From a virus, in the IMG/VR virus record IMGVR_UViG_3300018875_000003, positions 1 through 64,000 of that record: DNA of 64,000 nucleotides. One strand, 5' to 3'. The notes beneath the pieces are model-generated. The model saw only the letters and a program-made list of their open reading frames with translations, ran no database searches and was not told where the DNA came from. Numbering within the stretch: the stretch's first letter is position 1; each line of letters opens with the position of its first letter. Shown here piece after piece: positions 41,068-51,044 of the stretch. Both the position numbers and the translations under genes were made by a program.

Positions 41068-42558
41068 TTATTTCTTGCTGCCAAACATGCCCTTAAACAT
41101 GTTCAAAGCATCTTGGCCAGTCATGACTTTCGGCTTTTCGCTCTCGTCAGTACTGAGTCCAGGATTTGCTACGCTGCCTGGTACCGGCTTCGCCGTTTTG
41201 GTTTCTGCCAGCAGATCAGCTTTCGTATTTTCCAGAGACTCTTTGGTGCGGGTTGCGTGAGCTTGTACAGCTTCCTCGTAATCCACGCCTACCACATCAG
41301 GCTTGTTCAGATCGCGTTTCAGCTTAACAACGCTCTCTGCCAGTGCGCGATGGGAGTTCTCATTTGCTTCGGCCAGTGCTGCTGTCAGACGCTGAACCTC
41401 AGCTTTCGACTCAGCCAGTTGACCGCTGATACGTTGGTTTTCCATGACCAGATTGGTGATGGTTTGCTGCATCTCGGTTACATTAACCGTAGGTGCTGCC
41501 GGAACCGGTGGCGTAGCTTGTGCGCCTTCAGCAGTTGTTGCTGTTGGAGTCGCAGGCGGTTCTGTAGTTACTGCTGCAGGTTCAGTTCCTGCTGCTTGTG
41601 CGCCTTCAGCAGTCGTTGCTGCGGCAGGCTCCGGAGTTGTAGTTGGACCAGCAGCTGGCGGAGTTGTTTGTGCGCCTTCCTGTGTAGCTGCAGGTACTGC
41701 AGGTGCAGCAGGATCCGCTGGGGTTGTTCCTTTTGGTGTCGTCATCGGTTGGCTCCCTTCCTCGAAAGTAAGCAGGTTTTGGAAAGCTGCTTTCTGACTT
41801 TCATTCATTTGTTCGAATAGATTCACACTCGGCGCGTTTACATGCTGCATCAGGCCTTCAGCGACCTGGAAGATGTGCATGTGTACGGATTCCTGTGAAG
41901 CAGCAGATGTTTTATCATCGCTTCCGTCTTCGTAAACGGCAGTTACGCCAGTATTGCCGGCGTATTCGTCAGCCGGAACGTTTACATATGAAACCTCGCG
42001 GCCATAGGTTGTTCCGATGATGAAGTGGCAAGTTTGGTCTTCGTAGTTCTCACCTGGGTAGTGTTCACACCACTCCTGAGTGCGGTCCGTTCCGCAGATG
42101 TTACATGTTACTTTGTCGGTGTTCGCGCCGATGGAAACCGTCTGATAACGTCCATCCAGTACTTTTTCAATAGCAACCGGATCGGTAATTTCGACTGTAA
42201 ACATCAGTCCTGGTTTACCAGACATCGTAACGTCATGGAACTCTGCTTTCAGGATACGTCCGATTGGTTCACCGTCCACATCATTGTGGTGGGTTAGCAC
42301 CGGCTTCTGCCGTGGCGATGTCCAACTTTCCAATCCCGCGGTCAATCCTTCTTTGGTGTAGTACGTAAAGTTACGTGTACGGCCAACGTGGATGGCTTCG
42401 ATCTGAACGATCAGTTTCTTTGGCTTCCCCTTCGCTGATTCATTCAGAACTTGTATTGATTCCTGCTGAATCTTCCCGATCGTGCCGAGATTTTCATTCA
42501 GGATTTTTGGTACCCATTTCTTTTGCTCATGCTCTTTGAGCGAATACACATTCCTCAC
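41068..42558 (-). CDS. Prohead protease fused to scaffold
   Basis: PVLTHH...PIGRI...DGRYQTVSIG...EVSYVNVPAD protease motifs, then a P/A/T-rich linker and a coiled coil. Confidence 0.8.
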   Translation of the reverse strand: MRNVYSLKEHEQKKWVPKILNENLGTIGKIQQESIQVLNESAKGKPKKLIVQIEAIHVGRTRNFTYYTKEGLTAGLESWTSPRQKPVLTHHNDVDGEPIGRILKAEFHDVTMSGKPGLMFTVEITDPVAIEKVLDGRYQTVSIGANTDKVTCNICGTDRTQEWCEHYPGENYEDQTCHFIIGTTYGREVSYVNVPADEYAGNTGVTAVYEDGSDDKTSAASQESVHMHIFQVAEGLMQHVNAPSVNLFEQMNESQKAAFQNLLTFEEGSQPMTTPKGTTPADPAAPAVPAATQEGAQTTPPAAGPTTTPEPAAATTAEGAQAAGTEPAAVTTEPPATPTATTAEGAQATPPVPAAPTVNVTEMQQTITNLVMENQRISGQLAESKAEVQRLTAALAEANENSHRALAESVVKLKRDLNKPDVVGVDYEEAVQAHATRTKESLENTKADLLAETKTAKPVPGSVANPGLSTDESEKPKVMTGQDALNMFKGMFGSKK

Positions 42559-44765
42559 TGAGTTTCACCCCCTTCGTCATGGATTGTTAAATCACATTCG
42601 CAGTTCGTGTGAAACGGAGGAATGCGATAGAATATAGCAATCTCATCGTAGGATGAGAGTTCTACCAGAGAGATTGTTTCTTGCGACCGCTCATAGCAAG
42701 TCGAGCAGCTTCCAGGCTCATTCAGTGCCTTTACGCTTTCCACTCCGCTTCTGCCCAGCGCCAGCACATAGCCGTAATGGTATGTCTTAATCACTGTCGT
42801 TTTTGCGATCGCTTTGATACGGTGCCTGATGGATTCGAATACGCTGCGGGTGATGATCGCTGCATTGCTGCTATCTTCAACGCCCTTCAGCTTCTCGTTC
42901 AGCACGCCGTGGATTGTCTCTTCGATGAGATCGAAAGAGTCCTGGGTAAATTCAGATACGATCCGGAGCGATTGCGACAGGTTAATCCCTGGCGTCTTGG
43001 AAAGCTTCAGCTGAGCTGCTGCCTTCTTGGCTCCTTCCAGAAGCACGTTACGGGCTTCTCTCTGAATAACCTGATCCATTTTGTCCTTACTGAAATGAAT
43101 AGCGGAGAGTGCTTCGGCCGGCGACGTCATCGGGAATCGATTACGCGCCTGTGACCGCTGAATCTCGCCAATCACGTCGGCCTCCATGGTGTCGAAGATG
43201 TTGACCATCTCTTTATGGAGTGACTGCACCGATTCAAGAGGGATTTTAAATTCCTGCTGAATCTGCTGATATTGGCTGCTTTCTTTCACTGGGAATTGGA
43301 TCGCTCTATCCAGTGCTTCTCTGATCGATTCCGTGCTTTTCTTCGGACCCGAGCGTGTGCCGTTTTGATTGGTCGGCTGCTGCTTGTTGTCCGTTTCTGC
43401 ACTTTTCTCTGCTGCAAGGCTGGCTGCATGCTCAGCTTGTTGCATACCGACCATTTGATAGTACAATCGCGTTTCGTCGGCTACAGGGTCTTGGCCCAGG
43501 TTCTTACGCGTCTCATCCCATGTCTGAACGTTATGCTCAAACTTGAAGATTTCGTGCGTCTCTACCTTAATCCGCATTTCCTGTTCAATTTCGTTAAAGA
43601 CGAAGTTGACTTTGAAATCCGGGTTTGCCATTGGATCATAGCCGCCCTCAACCAGAAGTTCTTCGATAATGAATTTATCAATATACATCTGGATGATCTG
43701 CTGCCATCCTTTGACCCGATCCGCTTTATTACCGCTCATGGCGTCTGCCGTGTTGCGGTTGGCTGTATCTCCTCGACCGAAGTCAACCTGAGACATTCCG
43801 AGACCCGAGAACACGCGGTTCTCGAAGTAATCCAGATACGTTCGTCCATCGATCGCAGTAATATTAACGGCTTCAACCTTATGGCGTTCTGGAATTACGA
43901 TCGCCCCGTCTGTCGGCATATCTTCGATAACCGACCGCATATTGTCCAGCTCTTCATCGCTGGCTTCGTAGCCAGGTTTATCGATACCCACCGTGTAGGT
44001 GAGAAGCGGGAAAATATGACGATACAGCAGTAAGGCTGCGTTCTCTTCCATCTTCCGAAGAAGTTGAATGTCTCCGATTACCGGAGCCAGCCATGGAAGG
44101 CCGAATGCTTCGCCTGCCGGACGGTTCGCTGCGATATGGACGATATCCTGAATTTGAAAATCCTTCGTATCGCCGCCTGATCCGGTGCTTTGCGTGTACT
44201 TTTTGATGTTCCCGGAATCATCCCGAGTAATCGAGATGGTCGCCGGTGCAAGTCTAAAGTAGCCGCCGACTGGATCTTTCGCTGGCAGGACTGCCGTTGC
44301 CGGTAAACCCGGCGCAAGCCCTACTCCGCCTTTAGCTCTCGCCTTGGCGATAAATGAGTTGTGGAATCGCACCATATCTTCTGCAATCCCAAAGAAAAGT
44401 TCATCGGTCGGCACCTGAGTGGCGATAGCCATCATATCAAGCCGCGTCTTGACGTACTGCAGTGCTTCGTCGTTCTTGCCCTTGAATGTATATCCGGACT
44501 TCACAATCAGCTCGCTGTATTTCATGACGGTCTGCGTCAGATAACTATCTCGCTCAATGGCGGTGGCAATGGCTGCAAGATCCGCTTTTGGACTTTCTGC
44601 GTCGCTTCCGCCTGAGCTATTCTTTACCGCATACCCTATTCGCTTTACCTGGGTTGCCTTTGGATCACGATTGACAGTGACGCCGCTGCTTGAGCTTCCG
44701 CTCGATGGAGTAGTTGCGTTCTTTAGGCCAATACGTGACAATGCCTTCATCAAAAGCTTAGCCAA
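42555..44765 (-). CDS. Portal protein with C-terminal MuF-like extension
   Basis: DIVHIA...AFGLPWLAPV portal-like core; C-terminal CSTC...PPFHTNCEC is a MuF/head-morphogenesis-like motif. Confidence 0.75.
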   Translation of the reverse strand: MAKLLMKALSRIGLKNATTPSSGSSSSGVTVNRDPKATQVKRIGYAVKNSSGGSDAESPKADLAAIATAIERDSYLTQTVMKYSELIVKSGYTFKGKNDEALQYVKTRLDMMAIATQVPTDELFFGIAEDMVRFHNSFIAKARAKGGVGLAPGLPATAVLPAKDPVGGYFRLAPATISITRDDSGNIKKYTQSTGSGGDTKDFQIQDIVHIAANRPAGEAFGLPWLAPVIGDIQLLRKMEENAALLLYRHIFPLLTYTVGIDKPGYEASDEELDNMRSVIEDMPTDGAIVIPERHKVEAVNITAIDGRTYLDYFENRVFSGLGMSQVDFGRGDTANRNTADAMSGNKADRVKGWQQIIQMYIDKFIIEELLVEGGYDPMANPDFKVNFVFNEIEQEMRIKVETHEIFKFEHNVQTWDETRKNLGQDPVADETRLYYQMVGMQQAEHAASLAAEKSAETDNKQQPTNQNGTRSGPKKSTESIREALDRAIQFPVKESSQYQQIQQEFKIPLESVQSLHKEMVNIFDTMEADVIGEIQRSQARNRFPMTSPAEALSAIHFSKDKMDQVIQREARNVLLEGAKKAAAQLKLSKTPGINLSQSLRIVSEFTQDSFDLIEETIHGVLNEKLKGVEDSSNAAIITRSVFESIRHRIKAIAKTTVIKTYHYGYVLALGRSGVESVKALNEPGSCSTCYERSQETISLVELSSYDEIAIFYRIPPFHTNCECDLTIHDEGGETQ

Positions 44766-44807
44766 GAATCACATCTCCTTTCCGAGCAAGTCACTTTGTC
44801 TTTATCA

Positions 44808-44836
44808 ATTATATATTAAACTTGTAACACGTTACA
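44808..44836 (-). promoter_or_regulatory. Portal promoter with palindromic operator over the -35 region
   Basis: TGTAACGTGTTACA (44823-44836) lies 9 nt upstream of TATAAT (44808-44813) on the minus strand. Confidence 0.55.
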
Positions 44837-44842
44837 CTTTGA

Positions 44843-46096
44843 CTAGACGCGGTATCCATTTGCCTCCAAATACTCACTCGCCCATTCGTCGGTGATTTCA
44901 CCGACCTCTTGCAAATCCTCTAATATCCTTAAAAATCTTCGTATTTCCTCCTTTTTTTGAATCAGCTGATATTGTTGGCTATAAAAAATAGCTTCTTGCT
45001 GATAAAAACGAGTCATATCCGTAACACTGGAATCGTATTGTTTTTTGCTTTCCAAAAGGGAGCCAACCATGATTTCGGCCAGTGCATTCATCGATTCATT
45101 GGATTCAGATTGATTGTAGAGCCAGTTCTTTACACCAGTGCCGGACTTGGACTCCAGCTGCTGATGAAACCACTGCTGCTTCGACACATACGCTTCCTTC
45201 TGGTCATCAACCAGCGCGTATTGTCCTTTGAGAGAAGTCAGCTTATCTTTGATCGTTCGGAAGGACAACATAATGTAAGCTGCTGCCGAGGATTTGTCTG
45301 CCAGCGTATTCAGCTGCAAGATCATCTCCTTCAGATCATCTTTCATAACGATGGTCGGGTCGGCAATCAGGAACTGGAACTGATCGATCATCTGGGAATA
45401 CATCACATACCGGTTCCGGTGAACGAAGGATGTGTCTGCCAAAGACACATGCAGCGTCTCCATTTGTTTACGGGCGACATCCTGGTTGTAAATCTCCTTC
45501 TCCATCGAAGCGATGTTTGTATTCTCCGTGTCTTCCTCATGGCTGTGTTCTTCTGAATAGGCGTCTTGAATTTGATCTGTCAGATCGTTGAAGCTCTGTT
45601 CGGCTTGCACCCATTGATCGATCATAGACGACTCGGCATTCGCTACAGCTTCCAGGTCGGAGTTATCCGTAATCTGATTACGGTAGTGATTATCCAGAAA
45701 GGTTTGCTGCAATTGGCAGGAAGCCTTCATTCGGTAAAGGATCGTATACAGTTCAGCATCGCCAGAGCCCCGTGGACCGCATAGGATGTCCTCTTGCGCA
45801 ATGATGGCATCTTGCTTGCCGCTGGTGAGCGCCGCCTTATACGCGGCAAAATCCTTCGTCTGGTTGCGGTTGTCGATGACCTGCAGCAGGGCAGCAATCC
45901 GTTCAACCAGTTCAGCATAGCCGGTCAGGGCGCTGGTGATCGTAAAGTCCTCGGACCGTTTGATCTTCTGTACAGTGGATGGGTCGATCCGGAAGAATCG
46001 ATCTTTTTTCGGCAGCTTTACGTCTGGGCGATAATTGATTTGGCTGCGCTCATAGGACGTGTCTATCCCGCGCTGTCCAAAGATATCTTCAGTCAT
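44843..46096 (-). CDS. Hypothetical helical/coiled-coil protein
   Basis: 417-aa ORF with GGAGG RBS between terminase and portal. Confidence 0.55.
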   Translation of the reverse strand: MTEDIFGQRGIDTSYERSQINYRPDVKLPKKDRFFRIDPSTVQKIKRSEDFTITSALTGYAELVERIAALLQVIDNRNQTKDFAAYKAALTSGKQDAIIAQEDILCGPRGSGDAELYTILYRMKASCQLQQTFLDNHYRNQITDNSDLEAVANAESSMIDQWVQAEQSFNDLTDQIQDAYSEEHSHEEDTENTNIASMEKEIYNQDVARKQMETLHVSLADTSFVHRNRYVMYSQMIDQFQFLIADPTIVMKDDLKEMILQLNTLADKSSAAAYIMLSFRTIKDKLTSLKGQYALVDDQKEAYVSKQQWFHQQLESKSGTGVKNWLYNQSESNESMNALAEIMVGSLLESKKQYDSSVTDMTRFYQQEAIFYSQQYQLIQKKEEIRRFLRILEDLQEVGEITDEWASEYLEANGYRV

Positions 46097-46262
46097 TGAT
46101 TCGACCTCCTGTTATATGTAAGGCGCAGACCGTTGTAGTCTGCGCCCCAGGGAAAGAGAGTTGATGAGCCTAGCCAGAAAGGATACAGGGGATTTTGTGC
46201 CTTCCACCCGCCCGCGCATTTACAGGAAGGGACAACGCATTACATCAGGCATTCCAGAGGAT

Positions 46263-48023
46263 TTAGAACTTGGCTCTTGTCGGGCGGTGTTTCGTGTTTC
46301 CACGACCCCATACACTTGCGCCCGACCGGCTTCTTTTCCCGCCGTACCCGAGGGCTACCTTTTCCAGGTGCCAGTTCGGATTATCTCGAAGCTCGCGCTC
46401 CGGTTTCTTATTTTGTGTGCTGAATACATCCCGGTTGTCTCCGAACACCCGATCGGCAATCTTTTGCTCGAATTGGTTGTTGACGGTGAACGCCCGGCTG
46501 GCCACGTTGAATTTCTCCAGAATCTTCGCGATATCTGGGTATTCGATCGTGAATCCAAGGATCGTCAGCATGAACGCATCCAGTGCGTGCTCGTTTTCAG
46601 AAGTATAGATTGGTTTACCGTTTTGAGAGATACGGATAACCTGGTAGTCCATCATTTGCTTCCAAACCATATCGTCAAAGGCAGAGAGGATAATGCGGTC
46701 TCGTTCCAAGAGGATGGCAGTCTGGTTGACCATGAAGTTTTTGGCGTCTTTCTTGTCGATCTCCCGAGTCGCCGGATCACGAATCTCAATCGTTTGGGAG
46801 AACTGAATCCGTTTAACCTTTTTATCAAGGCGCGTATATGGGTTTTCTCGACCGTGAAGACGGAGGGCTTCGATCTGATATTCACCGCTACCGGCATCCA
46901 CATAGATGAATGCTGGATCGTAGATGTCATTCAGCTCGATGATGCGTTTAACGGCGTTATCGAAGGTGAAATCACCACGAGGAATTTCTGATCGGAGGGC
47001 AACCCTGAATTTCTTATGGACTTCATCGAACTCGGTGACGATAATCTGGGTGGCTGCGCCGTATTTATCCCAGTCAACACCGATGATCCGAAGCGCCCGT
47101 GGAGCAGGGTTATTTATAGTATAAGGCCCATAATAAACGATGTCATCCAGGTTAAGACCCTGCTTCTGATACTGCTCGCGCTCATACAGGTTCAGCTCGC
47201 GATAACTATAGTAGAATTGGCTTTTTGCTCGCTCTACCGCGTCTTTATTGAAAACTCCGACAGTTTCCTCACCGAACTCTGCTTCAACCTCGTGAATGTA
47301 ACCTTGAGCGGTCATTGTTGCACGAAGCTCGCCTTCCATCCGCTCATCAAAGTCAGGGTTGACTTTCGAAGGGAAGTGATAGGCTTTGTAACCCGTATCC
47401 GGGTTCGTGCAAATGTCATAGAAGAAGTCGCGCTTACCGGTCGGCGTGGAGCTAACCCAAATCCCGATACGCTTCGGATCTTCCATCGCAATGGCCGTAA
47501 CTGCATCGATACCGTCACGAGACATGTAATCGACCTCATCGAGAAACAGCCAGTCCGCCCGCTGACCACGGACAGAGGCACCGGCTTGGCTACCTGCATT
47601 GGCGCCGGCCGTAAAACCCATGATCTTCGAACCGTTACCGAACGATGCGATAAACGGGTTCTTTGTGATCGTTACGGACGCAGCCAGCTCCTCGCAGTCG
47701 CGCACAAGCTCCTGGAGACGCATGAAGATCAGTCGAACCTGGTGCTCGTATGGTGTTGCGACAAGAAGACGACTATTCTTATGATGAAACGCGTACCAAA
47801 GACAGAAGACTACCATTGTTTCTGTTTTACCTACACGTCGTCCCATTCGGGCGGCGATACGTCTGTCTCCACTGAGAATGCCCTTGATCATCATTCGCTG
47901 ATACCAGCGGGCTTTCCAAGCGTTCCCCTTCGGATCCTTCAGCTTCCAATATGCCCACTTAACAGGATCTGAGCGTATTTCTCGCTCCATCTCTATTAAT
48001 TGCTGTTCTGTTTCTTTTGCCAT
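46263..48023 (-). CDS. terL: Terminase large subunit
   Basis: Walker A GRRVGKT, Walker B LFLDEVD, motif III SSTP; nuclease IGVDW and EHALDA. Confidence 0.92.
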   Translation of the reverse strand: MAKETEQQLIEMEREIRSDPVKWAYWKLKDPKGNAWKARWYQRMMIKGILSGDRRIAARMGRRVGKTETMVVFCLWYAFHHKNSRLLVATPYEHQVRLIFMRLQELVRDCEELAASVTITKNPFIASFGNGSKIMGFTAGANAGSQAGASVRGQRADWLFLDEVDYMSRDGIDAVTAIAMEDPKRIGIWVSSTPTGKRDFFYDICTNPDTGYKAYHFPSKVNPDFDERMEGELRATMTAQGYIHEVEAEFGEETVGVFNKDAVERAKSQFYYSYRELNLYEREQYQKQGLNLDDIVYYGPYTINNPAPRALRIIGVDWDKYGAATQIIVTEFDEVHKKFRVALRSEIPRGDFTFDNAVKRIIELNDIYDPAFIYVDAGSGEYQIEALRLHGRENPYTRLDKKVKRIQFSQTIEIRDPATREIDKKDAKNFMVNQTAILLERDRIILSAFDDMVWKQMMDYQVIRISQNGKPIYTSENEHALDAFMLTILGFTIEYPDIAKILEKFNVASRAFTVNNQFEQKIADRVFGDNRDVFSTQNKKPERELRDNPNWHLEKVALGYGGKRSRSGASVWGRGNTKHRPTRAKF

Positions 48024-48032
48024 GCGATCACC

Positions 48033-48275
48033 TTAGTTTCGATACAAGCTGCTCAGCTGGTGATACCCCTTCTGCGAAAGGTTGACCTCATAACCGCGGC
48101 CCTTATTATTCCGCATGTGAAGTAGTCCCGCTTCCTCTGCCTTGTTCCAGTCCATCTTATCGTGCAGGCCATGTGGCGTTAGGTTCTTGAGCGGCACCCA
48201 TTGATCATTCCTTCGACCGTGAAGCAGAATCCTGTTGAGAGCTTGATTTGATTTCATAAACACTTTGTGCGTCAC
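48033..48275 (-). CDS. Hypothetical protein
   Basis: GTG start after an AAGGAG RBS. Confidence 0.45.
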   Translation of the reverse strand: MTHKVFMKSNQALNRILLHGRRNDQWVPLKNLTPHGLHDKMDWNKAEEAGLLHMRNNKGRGYEVNLSQKGYHQLSSLYRN

Positions 48276-48331
48276 GCTCCTTCACATAACGATGAAGTTG
48301 CATGTCAACACCTCCTGTACGCTTGCCTTTA

Positions 48332-48685
48332 TCAATCGTTCACACTGTCAGCAATACCGCCAAGTAGTGCGCCACCGAGAGCAGCTGCGCCATAAGTTAA
48401 CGCCTTACGTTTTCCGGAGCCAGCCATAAACTTATTATGCATTGCTCCAGTTCGGGCAGCAGCTCGTCTTACCTGGCTGCCAGCATAGCCTTTGGCTTTT
48501 GTCCCGAACGATCCGCCGCCACCCATTCGGATTGGACGGTTTGTGATCGAACTGGAAAGGCGTCCGGCTCCGTATTGGAAGCCCGCCATCGCCGCACCGC
48601 CAATTACAGCACCGCCGACAACTCCAGCTCCGATGCCGTCATCCACACGGTTGTACGGATTATTTGTCTGCATCATTCGAATCAC
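48332..48685 (-). CDS. Gly/Ala-rich small membrane-type protein (glycine zipper)
   Basis: Two GxxxG-rich hydrophobic helices; paralogue of 48687-48923. Confidence 0.55.
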   Translation of the reverse strand: MIRMMQTNNPYNRVDDGIGAGVVGGAVIGGAAMAGFQYGAGRLSSSITNRPIRMGGGGSFGTKAKGYAGSQVRRAAARTGAMHNKFMAGSGKRKALTYGAAALGGALLGGIADSVND

Positions 48686-48686
48686 C

Positions 48687-48923
48687 TCAATCTGTCATAT
48701 AATCGATTCCTGCGCCAAGTCCGGCGCCGACTACCGTTGCCGCAGCATATACGCCTGCGCGCTTCCAGCTATTGCCGAAGAACTTATTGTGTTTCTTCAT
48801 GAGCCGGGCAGAGCCATGGATTGCGCCCATACCAGCCGCGCCCGAAGCTGCGCCGATTGCAATGCTGTTATACAGAGGGTCGTGGTTTTTAACACGCTGG
48901 TAAGGCTGATTGCTTTGCATCAT
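48687..48923 (-). CDS. Gly/Ala-rich small membrane-type protein
   Basis: MMQSNQPYQRV matches MMQTNNPYNRV; the HNKF motif is also shared. Confidence 0.55.
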   Translation of the reverse strand: MMQSNQPYQRVKNHDPLYNSIAIGAASGAAGMGAIHGSARLMKKHNKFFGNSWKRAGVYAAATVVGAGLGAGIDYMTD

Positions 48924-48937
48924 CTCTTCTCACCTCC

Positions 48938-49381
48938 TCAGTAGGATTTCGAAGCTCCTCGCGCGTGACGAGACATAATGCCAGATGCTGTGCTGCGCGC
49001 GCTGGTGGTGTTTTGCAGTCCTACCTGCTGCATATACATCTGTCCTTCGTTCTGAGTGAATCCGCCGCCAAACATCGATGACTTCTGACGGATTCCTGAC
49101 TTCGCCGCATCTGTCATCCGGATGATCTCCGGCGTCATCGATACAGCAGCCATAGCACCCATCGCAAGAAACCCTCCGGGAACGAGCCCCCAGGCGGCGT
49201 TCGTCAGGGCGGCTTTACCGATCGCCACGGCAGCATTCTCTCCGTTTTTGATCCTTGAATATGAATCGAAGGCAACCATGCCGGCACCAAATGTCCGGGG
49301 AAGGATGCCTTCTTTCCTGAGCTGTTTAGCAGCCCCGCTGCCGGATGCTGGCGGCAGAGCTTGTGTCGTTAAATCCGGCAT
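48938..49381 (-). CDS. Gly/Ala-rich hydrophobic protein
   Basis: ORF within the operon; hydrophobic helices. Confidence 0.5.
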   Translation of the reverse strand: MPDLTTQALPPASGSGAAKQLRKEGILPRTFGAGMVAFDSYSRIKNGENAAVAIGKAALTNAAWGLVPGGFLAMGAMAAVSMTPEIIRMTDAAKSGIRQKSSMFGGGFTQNEGQMYMQQVGLQNTTSARSTASGIMSRHARGASKSY

Positions 49382-49386
49382 TTACT

Positions 49387-49749
49387 TTAGCCCCCATGTC
49401 TTAAATTGTGCAAAGCGAATACGAGGTCCCCTCGGGCTGCCAGATCCTGATTGCCTGCTGGATCGCCCATGTACCCCATGCCATCTGCCTGGGTTCCAGG
49501 AAGCGACATGATTCCACGGTCATCCATATGATCCATCGCATTCTGGTTAGCGGCTTCCTGCTGTCCAGCGAGGACTTGATAGGAAGCGTAAGTGCCCATA
49601 CCCGTCAGAGCAGCCGCCTTTCCTTTTCTGGATAGTCCTATCCCTGTATACAAGTTATTGATGCTTCGCTGGGTGTTCCGCTCAAAGAGCGAAGGCACCT
49701 GCTTGGCCATGAACTTGCCTACATTGTAGGCGCCTCTTACGTAGACCAT
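49387..49749 (-). CDS. Hypothetical protein
   Basis: GGAGG RBS; basic patch followed by a hydrophobic helix. Confidence 0.5.
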   Translation of the reverse strand: MVYVRGAYNVGKFMAKQVPSLFERNTQRSINNLYTGIGLSRKGKAAALTGMGTYASYQVLAGQQEAANQNAMDHMDDRGIMSLPGTQADGMGYMGDPAGNQDLAARGDLVFALHNLRHGG

Positions 49750-49759
49750 AGCCTACCTC

Positions 49760-50500
49760 CTACTCGATGGGTTCGACATCGATCGGATTAATATCGATGA
49801 TATTGTCTTCCCCACGCATTTTTCTGTAGTACGCTTCTTCTGCTTCGTCTTCCTTTTCCATGTGAGTCGCCATGTCGTCTTGCACCTTAATCATTTGTGC
49901 GGCTCTTGAAGATGGATCAAGCTCGACAGTCAGCTTCGTACCCTGCTTGTCGCGTCGTGTGCTGTTCAGCAGCTGCAGCGTTTTGTTCTTGCTGGATCGC
50001 AGCTTCTCTTTGTACTCCACGACAGGGTGAAGTTCTTTCTTGGTCAAGGCTTCTCCCTCTTCGGTCATGCCAACGACATTATCGATGATAAAGTCCGCAT
50101 CGATCGCCATTTTGTTGTCGCAGCGAAGCAGGGATACATCAATATCAACCAGCTCTTTGACCATGATCAGATCGACAGTATTCCGCGGATCATCACGGTC
50201 AATATTCAGGTCGGTGCAGTATCGCTCAAAGAGGTCTTCGATCGCAGCGATTTCAATGGGGCATTTTTCTCCGAATGGGGCCATCTGCATTTGCATCAGC
50301 GGGCAGGCATCTCTATAAGGGCAGCCTTCCGCTTTACAGATGATAGGTACAGACGCATACAGTCCGTGCTTTGTGCTGCGCAGTCTGCGGGCGACGTCAA
50401 TCGCCTGTACAGCTGCAGGGTTCTGTGTCCAAGCAGTGGGGTTCAGGTTCTGGGAAACAACCATCTTTCCTGCTTCGGTGCGAGGTCCAGTGTTCGACAT
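49760..50500 (-). CDS. Putative terminase small subunit
   Basis: GPRTEAGK...STKHGLY motif typical of TerS-like proteins; Cys cluster; upstream of terL. Confidence 0.6.
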   Translation of the reverse strand: MSNTGPRTEAGKMVVSQNLNPTAWTQNPAAVQAIDVARRLRSTKHGLYASVPIICKAEGCPYRDACPLMQMQMAPFGEKCPIEIAAIEDLFERYCTDLNIDRDDPRNTVDLIMVKELVDIDVSLLRCDNKMAIDADFIIDNVVGMTEEGEALTKKELHPVVEYKEKLRSSKNKTLQLLNSTRRDKQGTKLTVELDPSSRAAQMIKVQDDMATHMEKEDEAEEAYYRKMRGEDNIIDINPIDVEPIE

Positions 50501-50503
50501 GGA

Positions 50504-50869
50504 TTACTCTCCCTCCGGCTTAATGCCGCAGATATCCATGACGTTATTCCATTTTTCAATCGTTGAATGACCATCCCAGTTCGGCTCGATCTCTGGCAGT
50601 GTGCCTACATCAAAGCTGTCCGGAATATGGAATGTAATCGATCCATTGTTGATGGATATCACGCGAAGCCAGCCTTCCCAGTTATTGTCCCGGTCGTAAT
50701 ACCATCCGGACGGATAATACTCAGGGCTGACTTCCGCCATGCCTATCACATTGCGAACAGTGTCGTTCGTATAATTGGCCAGCAGCAGTGCGAGCATGTT
50801 TCGCTCCCAGTAGGCGCCATCGGATTCCTGCTCCGGTGTCATGCCTTCTTTCCATACGTAGGGTTTCAT
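50504..50869 (-). CDS. WDGH-motif phage protein
   Basis: YWERNML...ITFH...PNWDGHST. Confidence 0.5.
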   Translation of the reverse strand: MKPYVWKEGMTPEQESDGAYWERNMLALLLANYTNDTVRNVIGMAEVSPEYYPSGWYYDRDNNWEGWLRVISINNGSITFHIPDSFDVGTLPEIEPNWDGHSTIEKWNNVMDICGIKPEGE

Positions 50870-50896
50870 TTATATCAACTCCTTTTATAAGTACGC

Positions 50897-50960
50897 AAAA
50901 AGGGGTAGATCTAATGGCCCCCTGACCCCGATCGGTGCTGTTTGGGCAGTCTATCCCCTT
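50897..50960 (-). terminator. Terminator-like hairpin in the leader of the packaging/structural operon
   Basis: AAGGGGATAGA...TCTACCCCTTTTT, just downstream of TACAAT (50967-50972). Confidence 0.5.
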
Positions 50961-51014
50961 ATGTCAATTGTACAGGCTATGGTATTTTCAGGACATTTCC
51001 GTATAGAAGGGCAT

Positions 51015-51044
51015 AAAAAAATAGGGCCCCTCTCGGAGCCCCAT
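51015..51044 (-). terminator. Terminator of the par operon
   Basis: ATGGGGCTCCGAGAGGGGCCCTATTTTTTT. Confidence 0.7.

Noticed and set aside
28948-41820. Long plus-strand ORFs (409, 372, 429, 355 and 673 aa)
   Set aside because: In-register antisense shadows of structural genes.
46263-48023. Intein or intron in the terminase
   Set aside because: The length is normal and the motifs are contiguous; no splice-junction motifs.
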